A stretch of 64,000 nucleotides of DNA from assembly GCF_009914755.1 (NCBI RefSeq), contig NC_060940.1, one strand, 5' to 3'. The position numbers and the translations under genes were made by a program. This document shows positions 22,911-45,973 of this stretch, one piece after another. Source of the stretch: the human T2T-CHM13v2.0 reference genome, Homo sapiens. How positions within the stretch are numbered: the stretch's first letter is position 1; the number at the start of each line of letters is the position of its first letter. The notes beneath the pieces were generated by a model. It had not been told where the DNA came from and ran no database searches. It saw nothing but the letters and a program-made list of their open reading frames with translations.

Positions 22911-23659
22911 TATAGCCAGATTATTTCTATACTGTAGATCTGTTCATATGTCCTCTCAGTCACTTTCAATTATTTAAAGGGTATTTTGAAAACAACAGAT
23001 GCATTTTGGGGATCCAAGTGGTCCCTCTCAGTGTCAAAAGGATCTTTGGATAAAACTACCAGCCTTCTTTTAAAAGAGAAAAAAATAAAAAAAAAAAACC
23101 ACCTGGGCTCTGGGCCAACCATGGGAGGTGAAAGCATGCCAGTGTGTAGAGTGAAGAGATCTAGCCATCTTGACATGCCCAAACAAATCACACAAGCTCT
23201 TCCACCCTCTTCCTTTCAGAGAAGAGCTTTCATTTCTGGCAAAAGAGCTGAGTGGAGGGAAGGCAAAAGCCCGGAAGGGGGAAGGTAGATACAAGATGAA
23301 ATTGTTTTCACAGAGTTTCAAATTGAGCAGGATTACAAGTCTTAACTTGTCAGGGCCTGAATCTCTATCTCATTCTCAGATTTCTACCTCAAATAAAATA
23401 AGTTGAGAAACCACTAACTGAAAATAATTCTGTCCCTTGAAGGATCATCTAATTGGACCTGGCATGGAAATTTGGAATGCAGTCCTGCGAAGTTTATCAT
23501 CTCCATTTATGTCCTGGAAAAGGGAAGATTTCTTTTACATCCTGACCTGGTTTCTGTACCACTTACTTAACAAATAAGCATTTAGAGAATGTCTCTCATA
23601 TATGGTCTCTCAGTAAATTCTCTAAGTAGTTCTGGGAAGTAGACATTATCTCCATTTTT

Positions 23660-24404
23660 AAAACTTCTTATTTGAGATGTAATTTACATACCTAAAATTC
23701 ACCCAATTAAAACATGCAAGTCAGTGGTTTCTAGTGTCTTTAAAGAGTTGTGCAACCATCACCACTATCTAATTTTAAAACATTTTTATCATTTCATACC
23801 CATCAAAAGTCACTTCCCCTTGCTCACTCCCCCAACCCCTGGCAACCACTGATCTATTTTTTAATCTCTATGGATTTGCCTATGCTGGACATTTCATATA
23901 AATGGAATTATACAATATGCGGTCTTTTTTGTCTGGCTCCTTTCACTTTAGCATAATGTTTTTGAGGTTTGAGGTTTCCTTTTTATGACTTCATTCCTTT
24001 TTATGACTGAATAATATTCCATGGTATTGCTTAGCCATGTTTTATTTATCCAGCTCATTAATTGGTGGACAACTGGTTTGTTTCCACTTTTTGGCTATTA
24101 TGACGAGATCAGGCGCATTCGGGGTGGTATCCCCGTAGACTTGGCTATTATGAATAGTGTTGTTAGGAACATTTGTGTACAAGTTTTGTGTGAACGTATG
24201 TTTTCATTTCCCCTGGGTATATACATATACCTAGGAGTGGAATTGCTGGATCGTATAGTAAGTCTATGTTTAGCCTTTTGAGGAACTGCTGGACTATTTT
24301 CCAAAGCAGATATACCATTTTACATCCTTACCAGCAATGTATGAGTGTTCCAATTTTTCCACAGCTTTGCCAATACTTGTTATTGTCTGTCTTTTTATCA
24401 AAGC
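23660..24404 (-). mobile_element. L1M 3' region, left part (hosts the 5S fragment and the provirus)
   Basis: ggcaaccactgatct...ggacatttcatataaatggaat...cctaggagtggaattgctgg. Confidence 0.85.
24102..24140 (-). pseudogene. 5S rRNA 5' fragment (nt 1-39), tailless retropseudogene
   Basis: Minus strand GTCTACGGGGATACCACCCCGAATGCGCCTGATCTCGTC matches the 5S rRNA 5' end at 34/39; perfect TSD ttggctattatga at 24091-24103 and 24141-24153. Confidence 0.92.
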
Positions 24405-24861
24405 TGTCGAGGTAAAATAAAGTATAAAGGTGAATCTCTATATTTAAAACATCTTATTTGAGAAGGAAGAATTGTAATTTGGTGCATACATGCAGACCTA
24501 ATGGTCTTCCATATGTCTGAAGAACAATGAGAAGGTTGGAGGTTTTGTAAACAGGAGAAATGTTACATTTTGTTCTGGAGAAAGATCATTGGGACTAGTA
24601 AAGTTTTGGAGATCTGGCAAGCTCTGATTAATGAGTGACAGCAGTGGGTAAAATGAGTCTTAGAGTCACAGTAGGTTTGTTTCAGTAGCTATTAGATAAA
24701 ACTGGCTTTAGGCTACAACAGGCAGTTTCAAAAGCCAGGCTTATAGGGAATTATATTTTTGGAGCAACATTATGTGCCTTGTTTTTTTTTTCCCTGGTCT
24801 CTCAACTCCATTTTAGTTGGATATGAGAGGCATGACCCAATTAATATGATCCACTTTCACA
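24405..24861 (-). mobile_element. 3' LTR (MER65-like)
   Basis: tgtcga...ctttcaca; adjacent ttttcccctttt is the PPT on the - strand; shares e.g. ggtcttccatatgtctgaagaacaa with the other LTR. Confidence 0.85.
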
Positions 24862-25178
24862 TTTTCCCCTTTTGATTAAGATCTTTTTTTGAAAGCATTG
24901 CCAATTAACTACTTATAAGTTAGCTTAATTGTCCCTCAGAGCTAGGATGGACCTGTTCTGGTTGTCTCTGTCCCACATCAGCAGGGAAGTATGGGGGCTT
25001 ATGTCAGTGACCTGGGCCACATTTGAGTAGCAGAGTCCAGAAGGAAAAGTGTTCCTAGGGTACATTGTTCTAGAGTCAATTATCAAGTTCTATCTTAACA
25101 GTTCTATAAGCATTAGCAATCATCTCGAAGGATTGGGTTAACATTACTTTGTTGGGAGAGCTGGCATTATAAAGATTA

Positions 25179-25684
<506 letters not shown>

Positions 25685-25853
25685 CATAGTGGAAACTGGG
25701 TGAGACCTGTAGTTGTCATTAAGTAGTATTTTATGACTTGCTTGCATTAAACAGAAAATTGCCAACTTTAGAAAAGGGACCACCAGTACAATTTGAACAG
25801 TAAGTTGTGTTAGGGATATTGTCTAAGCTGTCCACTAGGTGTACTAAAAGGAA

Positions 25854-26270
25854 TTTTTTTTTTTTTTTTTTGCCATAAAGCATGGATATTTTATTCTAGG
25901 AAACGGAAAAAACAAAACAAAACAGGGAACACATCTTTCCACATACCATTCCAATTTAACTGACATTAATTCAGAAAAGCTAGAGCAGATATGCATGTGC
26001 ATATGTATAAATATGTATATGTATATACACACGTACATATTTTCAGATTTTAATCTCATTGGTGTTCATATCTTGATTACATGATTTTTAAAATAATTAT
26101 TTGCAACTTCACACATCTCATAGTTGTCTATGCAGTCTCTTTTTGCAGTCTGCTTCAGTTTCTAGTGTGCTGTACATATCTACATCTTCTGGGTGGGACT
26201 GCCTGTGATTCATGAACTTGGGGTCAGGCATAAACTGTGTAGCACCTGAGCTGGATTCTGATTTGGTCTG
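25854..26270 (-). pseudogene. Retroposed polyadenylated 3'-end fragment of unknown source
   Basis: T18 tract at 25854-25871; AATAAA on the - strand at 25890-25895; flanking direct repeat acta(a/c)aagga. Confidence 0.72.
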
Positions 26271-26287
26271 ACTACAAGGATTTTTTT

Positions 26288-26626
26288 AAAAATATAATTA
26301 ATTTCCTTCCCTCCCTCCCTTCCTTCCTTCATTTCCTTTCTTTCCCTTCTTTCCTTTCTCTCTCTCTCTCCTTCCTTCCTTCTTTTCCTTCTTTCTTTTC
26401 TTTCTTTCCTTTCTTTTTATTTTGTTTTTCCTTCCTTCCTTTCTTCCTTCCTTCCTTCCTTCTTTTCTTTCTTTCTCTCTTCTCTTTTCGTTTCTTTTTT
26501 CTTTTCTTTTCTTGACAGGGTCTCACTGTGTCACCAAGGCTGGTCTCAAACTCCTGGGCTGAAACTACCCTCTGCCTCGGCCTCTCAAAGTGTTGGGATT
26601 ACAGACATGAGCCACCAAGCCTAGTC
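26288..26626 (-). mobile_element. Alu monomer (FLAM-like) with tail expanded into a ~210-bp purine repeat
   Basis: Monomer at 26513-26626; (TTCC)/(TTTC)-type tract at 26302-26512; TSD cta(c/a)aaggattttt. Confidence 0.8.
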
Positions 26627-27736
26627 CTAAAAGGATTTTTTAGGTCAGATTTTTGTCAGGTTATCAATAACAGTTATTGACTGTGAAATTTTAATTACAG
26701 CATCTTATCAAATGAAAAGAGGAGCATTAAGGGAAGTAAGGGTCTCATGATATGTGGAGTCTTGTTTTGACATCTTAGGAAAAGCTGTTTGCAGCCTGGA
26801 CAATGTCCACTTCTCATCCTGGTTTGTAGTTTGAATGTCACTGGTTAGGGCATTGGACAGTTTGGTGAACTTTCTATGTGGCCTATACATCAGGCCGACA
26901 GGCACAAAACTTGTTTATAAAAATTTCTCAGGTTTTAGCTTATAGGGCTTTAGGAACAGAGCAATTCCCTTTTTAGTAATTTTATGAAAGAAACTTGGAT
27001 TGTAGGAACTTGGGAGATTTTAGGACCTAGACTACTCAAAAATAGATAACAATAACTTGAAAACAGTGTACAGAGTTATATTCTAATAACAGGTATATTA
27101 TAGCTTTCTTTTGGGAACATAATTTATTTTTTACATTGAAAAATAAAATATTTCCTATTGAAATATAGGAATCTCACATTTAAACAGTCTTGCGGCTGGG
27201 AAGCCAAACGAAGGCAGACTTTGCATTTATTTATAGTCTTAAAGTTTCTGGGCCTGCCAGAAAGTGACAGTTTTATTTACTTACTATAAGGCTGGGAACC
27301 CTTGAAGTCAGGCATTTTATGTGTATTTTTAAATATGACATTTTAGTCAAAGCCTTGGTAATATAACTAACATTTAAGAGCAGAATTTTATTGGGTTTAT
27401 GTAAATAACCATATTGTCCTAAGAATATTTAGAAATAGTTTTTGAATTTTGGAGGGATTAAGTAAGGAAAAGAAAAAACATGTTTTTATCTTTGTTTACA
27501 AAAGTACACTCTGTCAACTTGTTGGAAATGATACATAGCTTAAGAGAAATTTTTTTTAAATTGGGGAAACAAAGTATTTGCATAAAGTAACAATGTTTTA
27601 AATAAAAGTCATAAAACAGTTAATCTCATAATTAACTCCTATTTGATCTCTATTAGTAGTTTTATGAATCTATTAGGTTTTTTTTTTATTAGAGTCTTGG
27701 AAATTTGTATTGAGTCTGTTGATTTTAAAGTTATCA

Positions 27737-28612
<876 letters not shown>

Positions 28613-29153
28613 TTACATGGATGTTAAAACCTTAATCCTTTTAAAGCTCAGTTTTTTAAAAGTGATCAAAAACATAAGGCAATGCAGAAAATTATCATGG
28701 TAAAATGTAAAGTCTTTTTCTTTACCGAAAAGGTAAAGAAAAACCTCTTACAGTGTGATTGTTTTTTCTAAAGGGAATCTCATTTAGATAACATGGAAAT
28801 CAAACCTGATGAAAAGATTGTTTGAATTTAATCTGACATAGGAAGAATGGGTCTAGGTTATAAGAGTAACAATTTAGATACATCAAGGAAAGTGAGGAAT
28901 ACAGAATCAAATTATATTGGAGGAAAACATTGCTTTTTTAGGCCATTAAGATAAACACTTTCATGTCAGGCCATAATGGCAGAGTTAGAACTGGAGAAAA
29001 AGTTCAGGAGCTGATGACAAAGTTGAAGGAGAGAGTTATCATCTCAGGCCTTTTTAAGGGGAGAAAATGCTAAATGCAGTGATGTATGACCTATAAATCA
29101 CAAGTAGCAAGATACTGCAAAAGTCAAGCCTCTGAAATATGAATCTGAGAAAT

Positions 29154-29940
<787 letters not shown>

Positions 29941-31006
29941 AAGATATTTTTTTTTTAACAGTGTCTGTAAAGTATTGTTTTGGTCTCAATTTTTTGCCCT
30001 TTAAGATAAGAATCTCCTCATTCCTTTTAGTATGGAAAGGGGGTCTTTTATATGAGAATTTTATTTTTTGCTTTTAAGAAACAGCACGAAGGTCAAAATA
30101 ATATTTTTTAAAATATCTGCTAGTTTTTACGTGTTTTTTACTTAAATTGTCAGCATGCCAGCCTAGCTGAGGAGTTTTGGAAAAAGAGAGTTAGCTTAGA
30201 GCAAGAGAGTAAGAAGGAATTCTAAGAAGGGGAGGGGCAAGCTCCAAAGAGGAGAGTCTCAACCAACTTTGAGATAGTATTTTATAGCTAGTCAGTCTTT
30301 GAGTCCGGGTTGGGTTTGGTTTTTTTAGCCTAAAGATATCCCTTGAGATATGAGTCTTATTTGGAATGTATGATTTTATTGCCATGGTCTTTTAGTTTAG
30401 TTTTAAGAACAACAGACTGCATGATCCCTGTAATGTTTGAACATGTTACCAGCTGGAATCTCAAAATATATCTTGGCATGTCTTTGAACTTTGAGAGCCC
30501 ATTTGTAATTAAACTTATCTAGGTGACTCAGTTTAATGTTGAATATACAAAAGCCAATTAAATGCAAGTGTTGAATATGCAAAAGCCAAATAAACACAAG
30601 TGCTGATGGAAAATAAAGTATGTACTTACCAAGAGGACGATCAGCTGCCTTTCCCAACTGAAGGGAAAAGGAAAAATTCTTTCACCCAGGCCTCAACCTG
30701 GAGGAAAAATATCTCTTCACTCAGACCTCACAGCTGAGGTCTGCCAGGAGGAAAAGAGTCCTCCCCAACAGATGATCTCCCAACCAGAGAGAGACCCCCC
30801 TCCAAATAAGAGGAGGAAAGACCCTTCTCTAAGCAAATCCCAAACAAAACAGAACTTTACCCAAAGCAGGAGTGCCATCCAGGAGACTCACCAGGGAACA
30901 CCTAGCTGACTCGTGGGAGAGAGGGTGCTCAAAGGCCCTCAATGTGAGTACCTTATGTCATAGTTCCAAGGGCCGATGATTTTTCCCAAGGTGAGTCAGG
31001 TTTGGA

Positions 31007-31024
31007 ATCCCACTTCTGACACCA
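31007..31024 (-). promoter_or_regulatory. Primer-binding site, tRNA-Leu(CAA/CAG)
   Basis: TGGTGTCAGAAGTGGGAT, 4 nt inside the 5' LTR boundary, complementary to tRNA-Leu 3' end ATCCCACTTCTGACACCA. Confidence 0.88.
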
Positions 31025-31028
31025 CATA

Positions 31029-33250
<2,222 letters not shown>

Positions 33251-33451
33251 CCCATTTTATAGGTGAAAATTCTGAGGCCTACATGAGTTAAGTTCGTTTT
33301 TCAAGATTACACAGCAAATAATTTGAACCATGTTCTTGGCCTCTTAATCTTAATCTTAATCTTATTTTTCCCCCAGTATGCTAGGTTACTTCTCTAGAGC
33401 TTTCAAATGATGATAGAAATTGGCCATGTTGTTCTATCTTTAAAATTTAAA

Positions 33452-33738
33452 GGCTGGGCGCAGTGGCTCACGCCTGTAATCCCAGCACTTTGGGAGGCCG
33501 AGGCAGGCGGATCACGAGGTCAGGAAATCAAGACCATCCTGGCCAACATGGTGAAACCGTCTCTACTAAAATTACAAAAATTGGCCAGGCATGGTGGTGT
33601 GTGCCTACAATCCCAGCTACTCAGGAGGCTGAAGCAAGAGAATCGCTTGAACCAGGGAGTCGAAGGTTGCGGTGAGCCAAGATTGTGCCACTGTACTCCA
33701 GCCTGGCGACAGAGTAAGACTCCGTCTCAAAAAAAAAA
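33452..33738 (+). mobile_element. AluSc-like
   Basis: Full dimer. Confidence 0.93.
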
Positions 33739-33802
33739 TTAAAAAGATGTATTATGATTGTCAATAATATTTATTAAAATTAAATAATGCTTAATTATCT
33801 AG

Positions 33803-34183
<381 letters not shown>

Positions 34184-34599
34184 TAACTGAAGAATTGACT
34201 TGCCTACAGTCACAGAAGTTGGGAGAGTGATGGAGCTGGGATCAAGCCATTTTACAGGGATTCCCAGTCTCTTGTACCTTATCTTACTACAGTGCAGCTG
34301 ATATATATATATATATATGATGCCTTCTTTCCCTCTCCCAAGCCAGAGATTGCATTTCAAAGCCCACAACACTTGAGTTTTACACTAGCTTCATTTTTTG
34401 AATATCTGTCCAGTGGTTTCCTTTATCAATCAAAGATTGATACATTCAAATTTGCATCAGAATATTTAACAATTTAGTACTTACATGTAAGTAAAAGATG
34501 AACCGGCTACTTCACTGTTAGCTATTTTCACTTTCCAAGATTGCCTTGGATGTAAAGAGAAATGACAGTAAGTAACTATTGTCATTTATTATGACAAGT

Positions 34600-34790
34600 T
34601 AGCATTTATTGAGTATCTATGTGCTAGTCACAGCAACCCTGCAGGTTAGGAATTATTCTCCCCATTTTACAGATGAGGGAACTGAGGCTTAAGGATGTTA
34701 AGTAACTGGCCCACAGTGACTCAGATACCTCATGACAACATCAGGATTTGGATTTGTGCCTCTGGCTCTGAAGTCTACATTTTTGCCACA
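34600..34790 (-). mobile_element. MIR
   Basis: cccattttacagatgagggaactgaggcttaagg core. Confidence 0.8.
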
Positions 34791-35122
34791 GGGAAAAATA
34801 ATCAATCATAGTGCCCTCATTCTTTTTGTTCCCAAGATGCAAGGGCTGAGTTTCCTAGTGGTCTTAAGTATAGGAGAACCAGGCCTACCTTTGGAAAATT
34901 GTTTCACTATATATCAACCCTGTTTATAACTTAATAGTATGCTGACCTCATGCTTGATTTTTGTTTTATTTTTGCTAACATGGCAATGTGTCAAGTGTTA
35001 ATTTTTAAGCAATCTCTGTGTGTATCTTTGAAACTCATCTTTCACATGGACTGTGAGTACGTATTACCTCACACACTGCCCACCCTTCTTCCTGCAGACA
35101 ATCATTAGTGTTTCAGCATTGA

Positions 35123-35919
<797 letters not shown>

Positions 35920-35934
35920 TTAAAATAATACAAA

Positions 35935-36555
35935 TTATGAGGATGTGAAGAAATGTTGCCGGTAGAAATGTAAAATGGTACAGTTGCTTTGAAAAATAGT
36001 CTGGCCATTTTCAAAAGGTTAAACATGGTTATCATGTGACCTATCAGTTCCACTCCTAGGTATATACCCATGAGAAATGAAAACATATGTCCACACAAAA
36101 GTTTATATTTATATATATATATAGGCATTATTTATAATAGCTGAAAAATTGAAACAACATACATATTAATATCTACCGCCTGATGAATGGATTCATAACA
36201 TCTGATGTATGTACACAGTGGAATATTATTTGGCAGTAAAAAGGAATGAACTATTGATTCATACTGCAACATGAATGAATTTGAAAATATGGTAAGGAAA
36301 AGAAGCCAGACACAAAAGGCCATGTGTTGTATGATTCCTATATGAATGAAATGTCCAAAACAGACAAATGTATAAATTCAGAAAGTAGAGTAATAGTTGT
36401 CAGAGGATGTGGGGGATGGAGGAGTAAGGAGTGACTGATAATGGATATGAGGTTTCTTTGTGAGGAGATGAAAATGTTTTGGAATTAGATAGTGGGGATT
36501 ATTGCACAGCCTGGTAAATATACCAAAACTAACTGAATTGTACACTTAAAAAAAT
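35935..36555 (+). mobile_element. L1M 3' end
   Basis: gttccactcctaggtatatacccatgagaaatgaaaacatatgtccacacaaaa. Confidence 0.85.
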
Positions 36556-36558
36556 TAA

Positions 36559-37604
<1,046 letters not shown>

Positions 37605-37888
37605 GGCAGGGTGGGGGGGTTGGGCAAATATAAAGTATAACAGAAGGGAAGCAGTTCAGGTTGTTAGTGGAGCAAAATGGGCATGAAGGCAAGGTATAGG
37701 AGTCAGTATCTTCATCTCCCATTTTTCAGACAAAGAAACCAGGGCTAAGAGGCCAACTGCTTGGCCAACCAGTATGTAATAGAGGCTGGATTCAACTCCA
37801 AAGCCAAGGCCCTTATTTATGCCTCTGTACTTCCTTCCTTTTTCCATTGCATTTTCTCACCTTTGTCACAACACCATGGCCTCTGTTC

Positions 37889-38187
37889 TTTTTTTTTTTT
37901 TTTTTTGAGACAGAGTCTCGCTCTATCGCCTAAGCTAGAGTGCAGTGGCGTGATCTCAGCTCACTGCAAGCTCTGCCTTCCCGGTTCACACCATTCTCCT
38001 GCCTCAGCCTCCTGAGTAGCTGGGACTACAGGCACCCGCCACCACGCCCAGCTAATTTTTTGTATTTTTAGTAGAGACGAGGTTTCACCGTGTTAGCTAG
38101 GATGGTCTCGATCTCCTGACCTTGTGATCCACCCGCCTCGGCCTCCCAAAGTGCTGAGATTACAGGCGTGAGCCACCACACCTGGCC
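37889..38187 (-). mobile_element. AluY-like
   Basis: TSD gcctctg(t/c)tctt. Confidence 0.94.
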
Positions 38188-38238
38188 AGCCTCTGCTCTT
38201 ACGGATGGTAAAATTAAACCATGGAACCATGGATCATG

Positions 38239-38537
38239 ACATTTTCAGTGAAGCAATTAAATACTTCTTAATTTCATGGCTTCTGGGGCTCCTTTAAAGT
38301 CCCTCACCTCCTATTCATATAGACTAGCTGTCACAAAGGCAGGATTCATGACCAAGAAGGCAACATGAGATACCTCCAGGTAAAGAGTCAGTTGCTTAAA
38401 TGTCCACTTTACAAGCTATTAAGGAGGTCTAAGTACCTTCCCTGCAGAACAGCGATTTAAATTTTGCCCTGGAGCCACCCTTTCTCTAGTAAAGTTGGAA
38501 TTTGAAGGCAAGTTAAGGAGGATGGAGTAGTGAGAGA
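38239..38537 (+). repeat. Left arm of ~300-bp inverted duplication
   Basis: Reverse complement of 39839-40136 with about 21 substitutions and 2 small indels (hand alignment). Confidence 0.95.
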
Positions 38538-39291
38538 GCTTGTAAGTAAAACAGCAAGTCCCTCTTCAGACTTCCCCTTAAATACAGCATCCCACACTCT
38601 CTAAGTAATCCATGGTTTTTACTGGAGCTTTATTGCAGTATCAGCTAGAGGTGCACCCTGCTTTTGTGTTTCCCTCCCCAACTAAAGAGCAAGCAGCCTA
38701 TGTCACCCTTCATCTCAAATACAAATTAAAATTCCTAATCTCACCAGATGTGATTAAGATGATACTTGAAGCTGTTCACACACTTAGTAAGCCCAATTAT
38801 ATTTTTTATTAACACTGACATAGTTCCTTTTGTTGGTGAATCATAACTTTACAATTTTTAACTGAATGAAGCATCAATTACCCCCTCTCAGGTCACGTTG
38901 AGAACTTGGCAGTGGTGGAAGGTAAACTTAAATGGTGTCTGTACAGTTTGGGCAACACATTTTTAGATTTTTACATTAGGCTTTTGTGCTTCCTGACCTT
39001 GTGGTATCTCTCCTGCCCCAGAGGAGGATTGAAGGTTGGGAATGAATTGAGCCTCAGGGAATGAATCACAACCCCTTGAGCTGCCAAAGACCTCATTAGG
39101 TCATCTCTCTGTCCACCTGCTGGGACATGATTGCTAAGGTGTTTCTTAGGAGAAAGCTGTTTTAGAATCACTTTTGTACTTTGTGTTCAACTTTTGTTTT
39201 CCACTATTGATAACCTTTAAATAGGGACAAAAAGAGAATTGTAAAATATTTTCTTTGGCAATTAGGGTTTTCTTTTTGTTGTTGTTGTTAA

Positions 39292-39657
<366 letters not shown>

Positions 39658-39838
39658 TCAACAGATATTTATTGAGCACTGCTATGTTTGAGGGTGCTGT
39701 GCAAGGTACAACACTGAGAAAAACAGTCATGTCTTGCCTTCATGGAGTTTACAGTTGGAGAAGAGCAAATGATACAAAATCACACAAATGTAAAACATGG
39801 TTTTGACACAGGTGCTCTAAATAAAAGGTACATGGTGT

Positions 39839-40544
<706 letters not shown>

Positions 40545-42122
40545 GGAAGGAGGAAAGAGTGTTGTAGGATGCGAAACAGCAAAGCAGCAGGACTACAGCA
40601 GGGAGGAGCAGGAGGCAAGAACTGCATGAACGCCTGTGCCCTCCAGACCCTTAGGATCAGTAAGGAGGGGCATGGGTGAGTGGGTTTGGAGCACCAGGCA
40701 ACCCACTCTAACCAGATGGCTCTCCTTTTCTCTCTTTCATCAAGCCCTCTCTTAAGATTTCATGGAAAAACAAAGTTCTGCTGCTCAAAAGAAAAAAAAA
40801 GTTTTGAGAACTCACTGTCAGGCTATGTACGTGCCTAGCGAGAAAGTTTTATACCACATTTCATGTGTCATGCCACATACACACCCTTCCTCACCTCTTC
40901 ACCACTGATGGAGAATTCAGTCTCTCCTTAAGCCTACTTTCATAAAATGCAATGAGAATGTTTGGATATCTGTACAAATTTCTGAGCTTGGTTGTCCAAC
41001 ACACAGCCCTTAACCATTATGAAAAACATCCTAATTGCAGATTAAAAAGGTAAAAAACCATATGGCATTATTTTAGGCCAGTGGGTTTTAAGTAATTTTT
41101 TAGCGGTGGAATCCATTTTCAAATGAGATCTAACATGAAGGCATCAAAAACTCAGGTGATTTTTATTTTCTTCTTTGTGTCTTTTATATTTTTCATGTTT
41201 TCTAATATGAACACGTATTGATTTTATAATAAGAAGAGAATGTTTTTAAAATTACATGGCTGTTTAGGGAAACTGAATTGTTTCATGACAACAAGGTTCA
41301 GGGACTAGTACAGATTGAAACAGATGGCTTCCCTCGGTGTAGTACCCCCCGTTGACCTTTTCACAACTAGGGATTACTAAAGCACAGAGTGACTATGGCT
41401 TTTTCACTGTGAAATTATATGACAGCAGAAACCTAACTGACAAACAGATGTTTTTCCCAAGTGGAGCTTTTCTTAATGAAATCGTTGCTTGGAAACCAGA
41501 CCATAATAATAACTTCTCTATATTTAGTTTGTAAAGTGATTCAGTTTGCAAAATTATTAAGTCAGAGTATACTAATTAGATAAAATTGAATGTATCTATT
41601 ATTTGTCTTGCAATTCAGCAACCAAATGGTTAAGCTAGGAGCAGAATTTCATCCGGGATATATCTGTCCAGATGCCATTCATAACAGGGGACATACAAGG
41701 AAAATGACAGCTCATAGAGCAACGCTGCTCTGCTCCTCACTGTGACTGCATTGGCACAGTGGTGTTTGATCTTTCACTCATACTTATTAGAAGCTGTTAC
41801 TTGCAGCACTTATTAAGATGCTGAGACGATCAGTTGGGTCACTGGGTCAAAAATTGTACGTGAAAATGTGAAAATAAATTCAATTTAAATTACTCAGTGA
41901 GACAACAGTATAAAGGAGAAAGATTCAGGAGTGAATATACTTGTTTAGCATGATAGAATTTATCAGTGGAAAGTCTGATATACTATTAGTAATACAAAGA
42001 AACCTTAACATGCAGCATATTTGTCAGGTAGATTAAAACATTAAATCTTAAATTCAAACTATACATATTCTATAAAAAAATAGATATCTGCCTTCCACTT
42101 CCAGTAATAATGAGATAACTCA

Positions 42123-43220
<1,098 letters not shown>

Positions 43221-43674
43221 TCAGGAAATCTCAAGCAGGGAATTAGAATTTAAAATGTTTCTATACCTGTAGTGTCTATAAGAGTCTTGCAGAAATGAAA
43301 GCATATCTCCTATGGAAGAAGGCCCCTTCATCCTAGACCTCGAAGAATCCTCATTGTCATTTTTTATTTTTACTTTAATTTTTAAATTTTTTAATAATTA
43401 AAAAATATTTTATTGCGGTTTTATGTGTGTATGCATGCATGCATGCATGTATAGCAACATAAAGTTGGCCATTTTAATTATTTAAAAATCTACAATTCAG
43501 TGTCATTAGTTGTATTGATAATGTAGTCATTATCACTATTTCTAAAACTTTCTCATCAGCCCACACAGAAACTCTATAACATTAGGCAATAATTCCCCAT
43601 TTCTTCCTTCTCCATGTAATTATTTAAGGCTAATAATTAGTACATAGTCACAAAATAACCAAGCATAACACTAT

Positions 43675-43978
<304 letters not shown>

Positions 43979-44165
43979 TAAGACTTTAGATGTTGGAATT
44001 GTCACATAGAAATTATGAAGTAACCATACTTATTATATTTAGAGAAATACAAGATAAGTTTGAAAATATCTTCAGGGAATGGGAAACAACAATTATCTAA
44101 TAGATTTGAAAAATGAAATGGAAAGTCTTAAAGTAAAAAGTAGAATAACTAAAATTAAAAATTCA

Positions 44166-45227
<1,062 letters not shown>

Positions 45228-45582
45228 CAAGTGTCCTGTTATATCTCACTAAACACAGGATTTTAACCTGAAGGGTTAATGTCAAGTTAACCCCTGTGTA
45301 GAACCCTACAGGGTGCCTGATTAGGTTGGATAACTCCCTGAAATTATAGGCAGAGTGTTTATGTGTGTATTTTCATATTTTAGGAAAGAATTCTTTGGAA
45401 GAGTTTTACAGTAGTTCTGTTTGGTTTCCATGTGACACTACAGTTTTAAGTCCTGCATGTCATGTTTGCTCATTTCACAATGATCGCTTTTTCCAAGCCA
45501 CTGCTAGCCTGGAGCACCTATCACAAAGACTTGCCTAATCATGTCATCAAGACATCTGTTAGGGTTAAATAAGGAAAAAATG

Positions 45583-45973
<391 letters not shown>

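Noticed and set aside
26329-26526. K/R/E-rich ORF
   Set aside because: Translation of a purine simple repeat
26288-26626. BC200-like RNA gene, or one composite Alu-plus-unique insertion
   Set aside because: Lacks BC200 diagnostic and unique 3' sequence; the middle TSD copy at ~26272 indicates two separate insertions
31007-31024. tRNA-Leu gene
   Set aside because: Only the 3' 18-20 nt match, and it sits next to an LTR; this is a PBS
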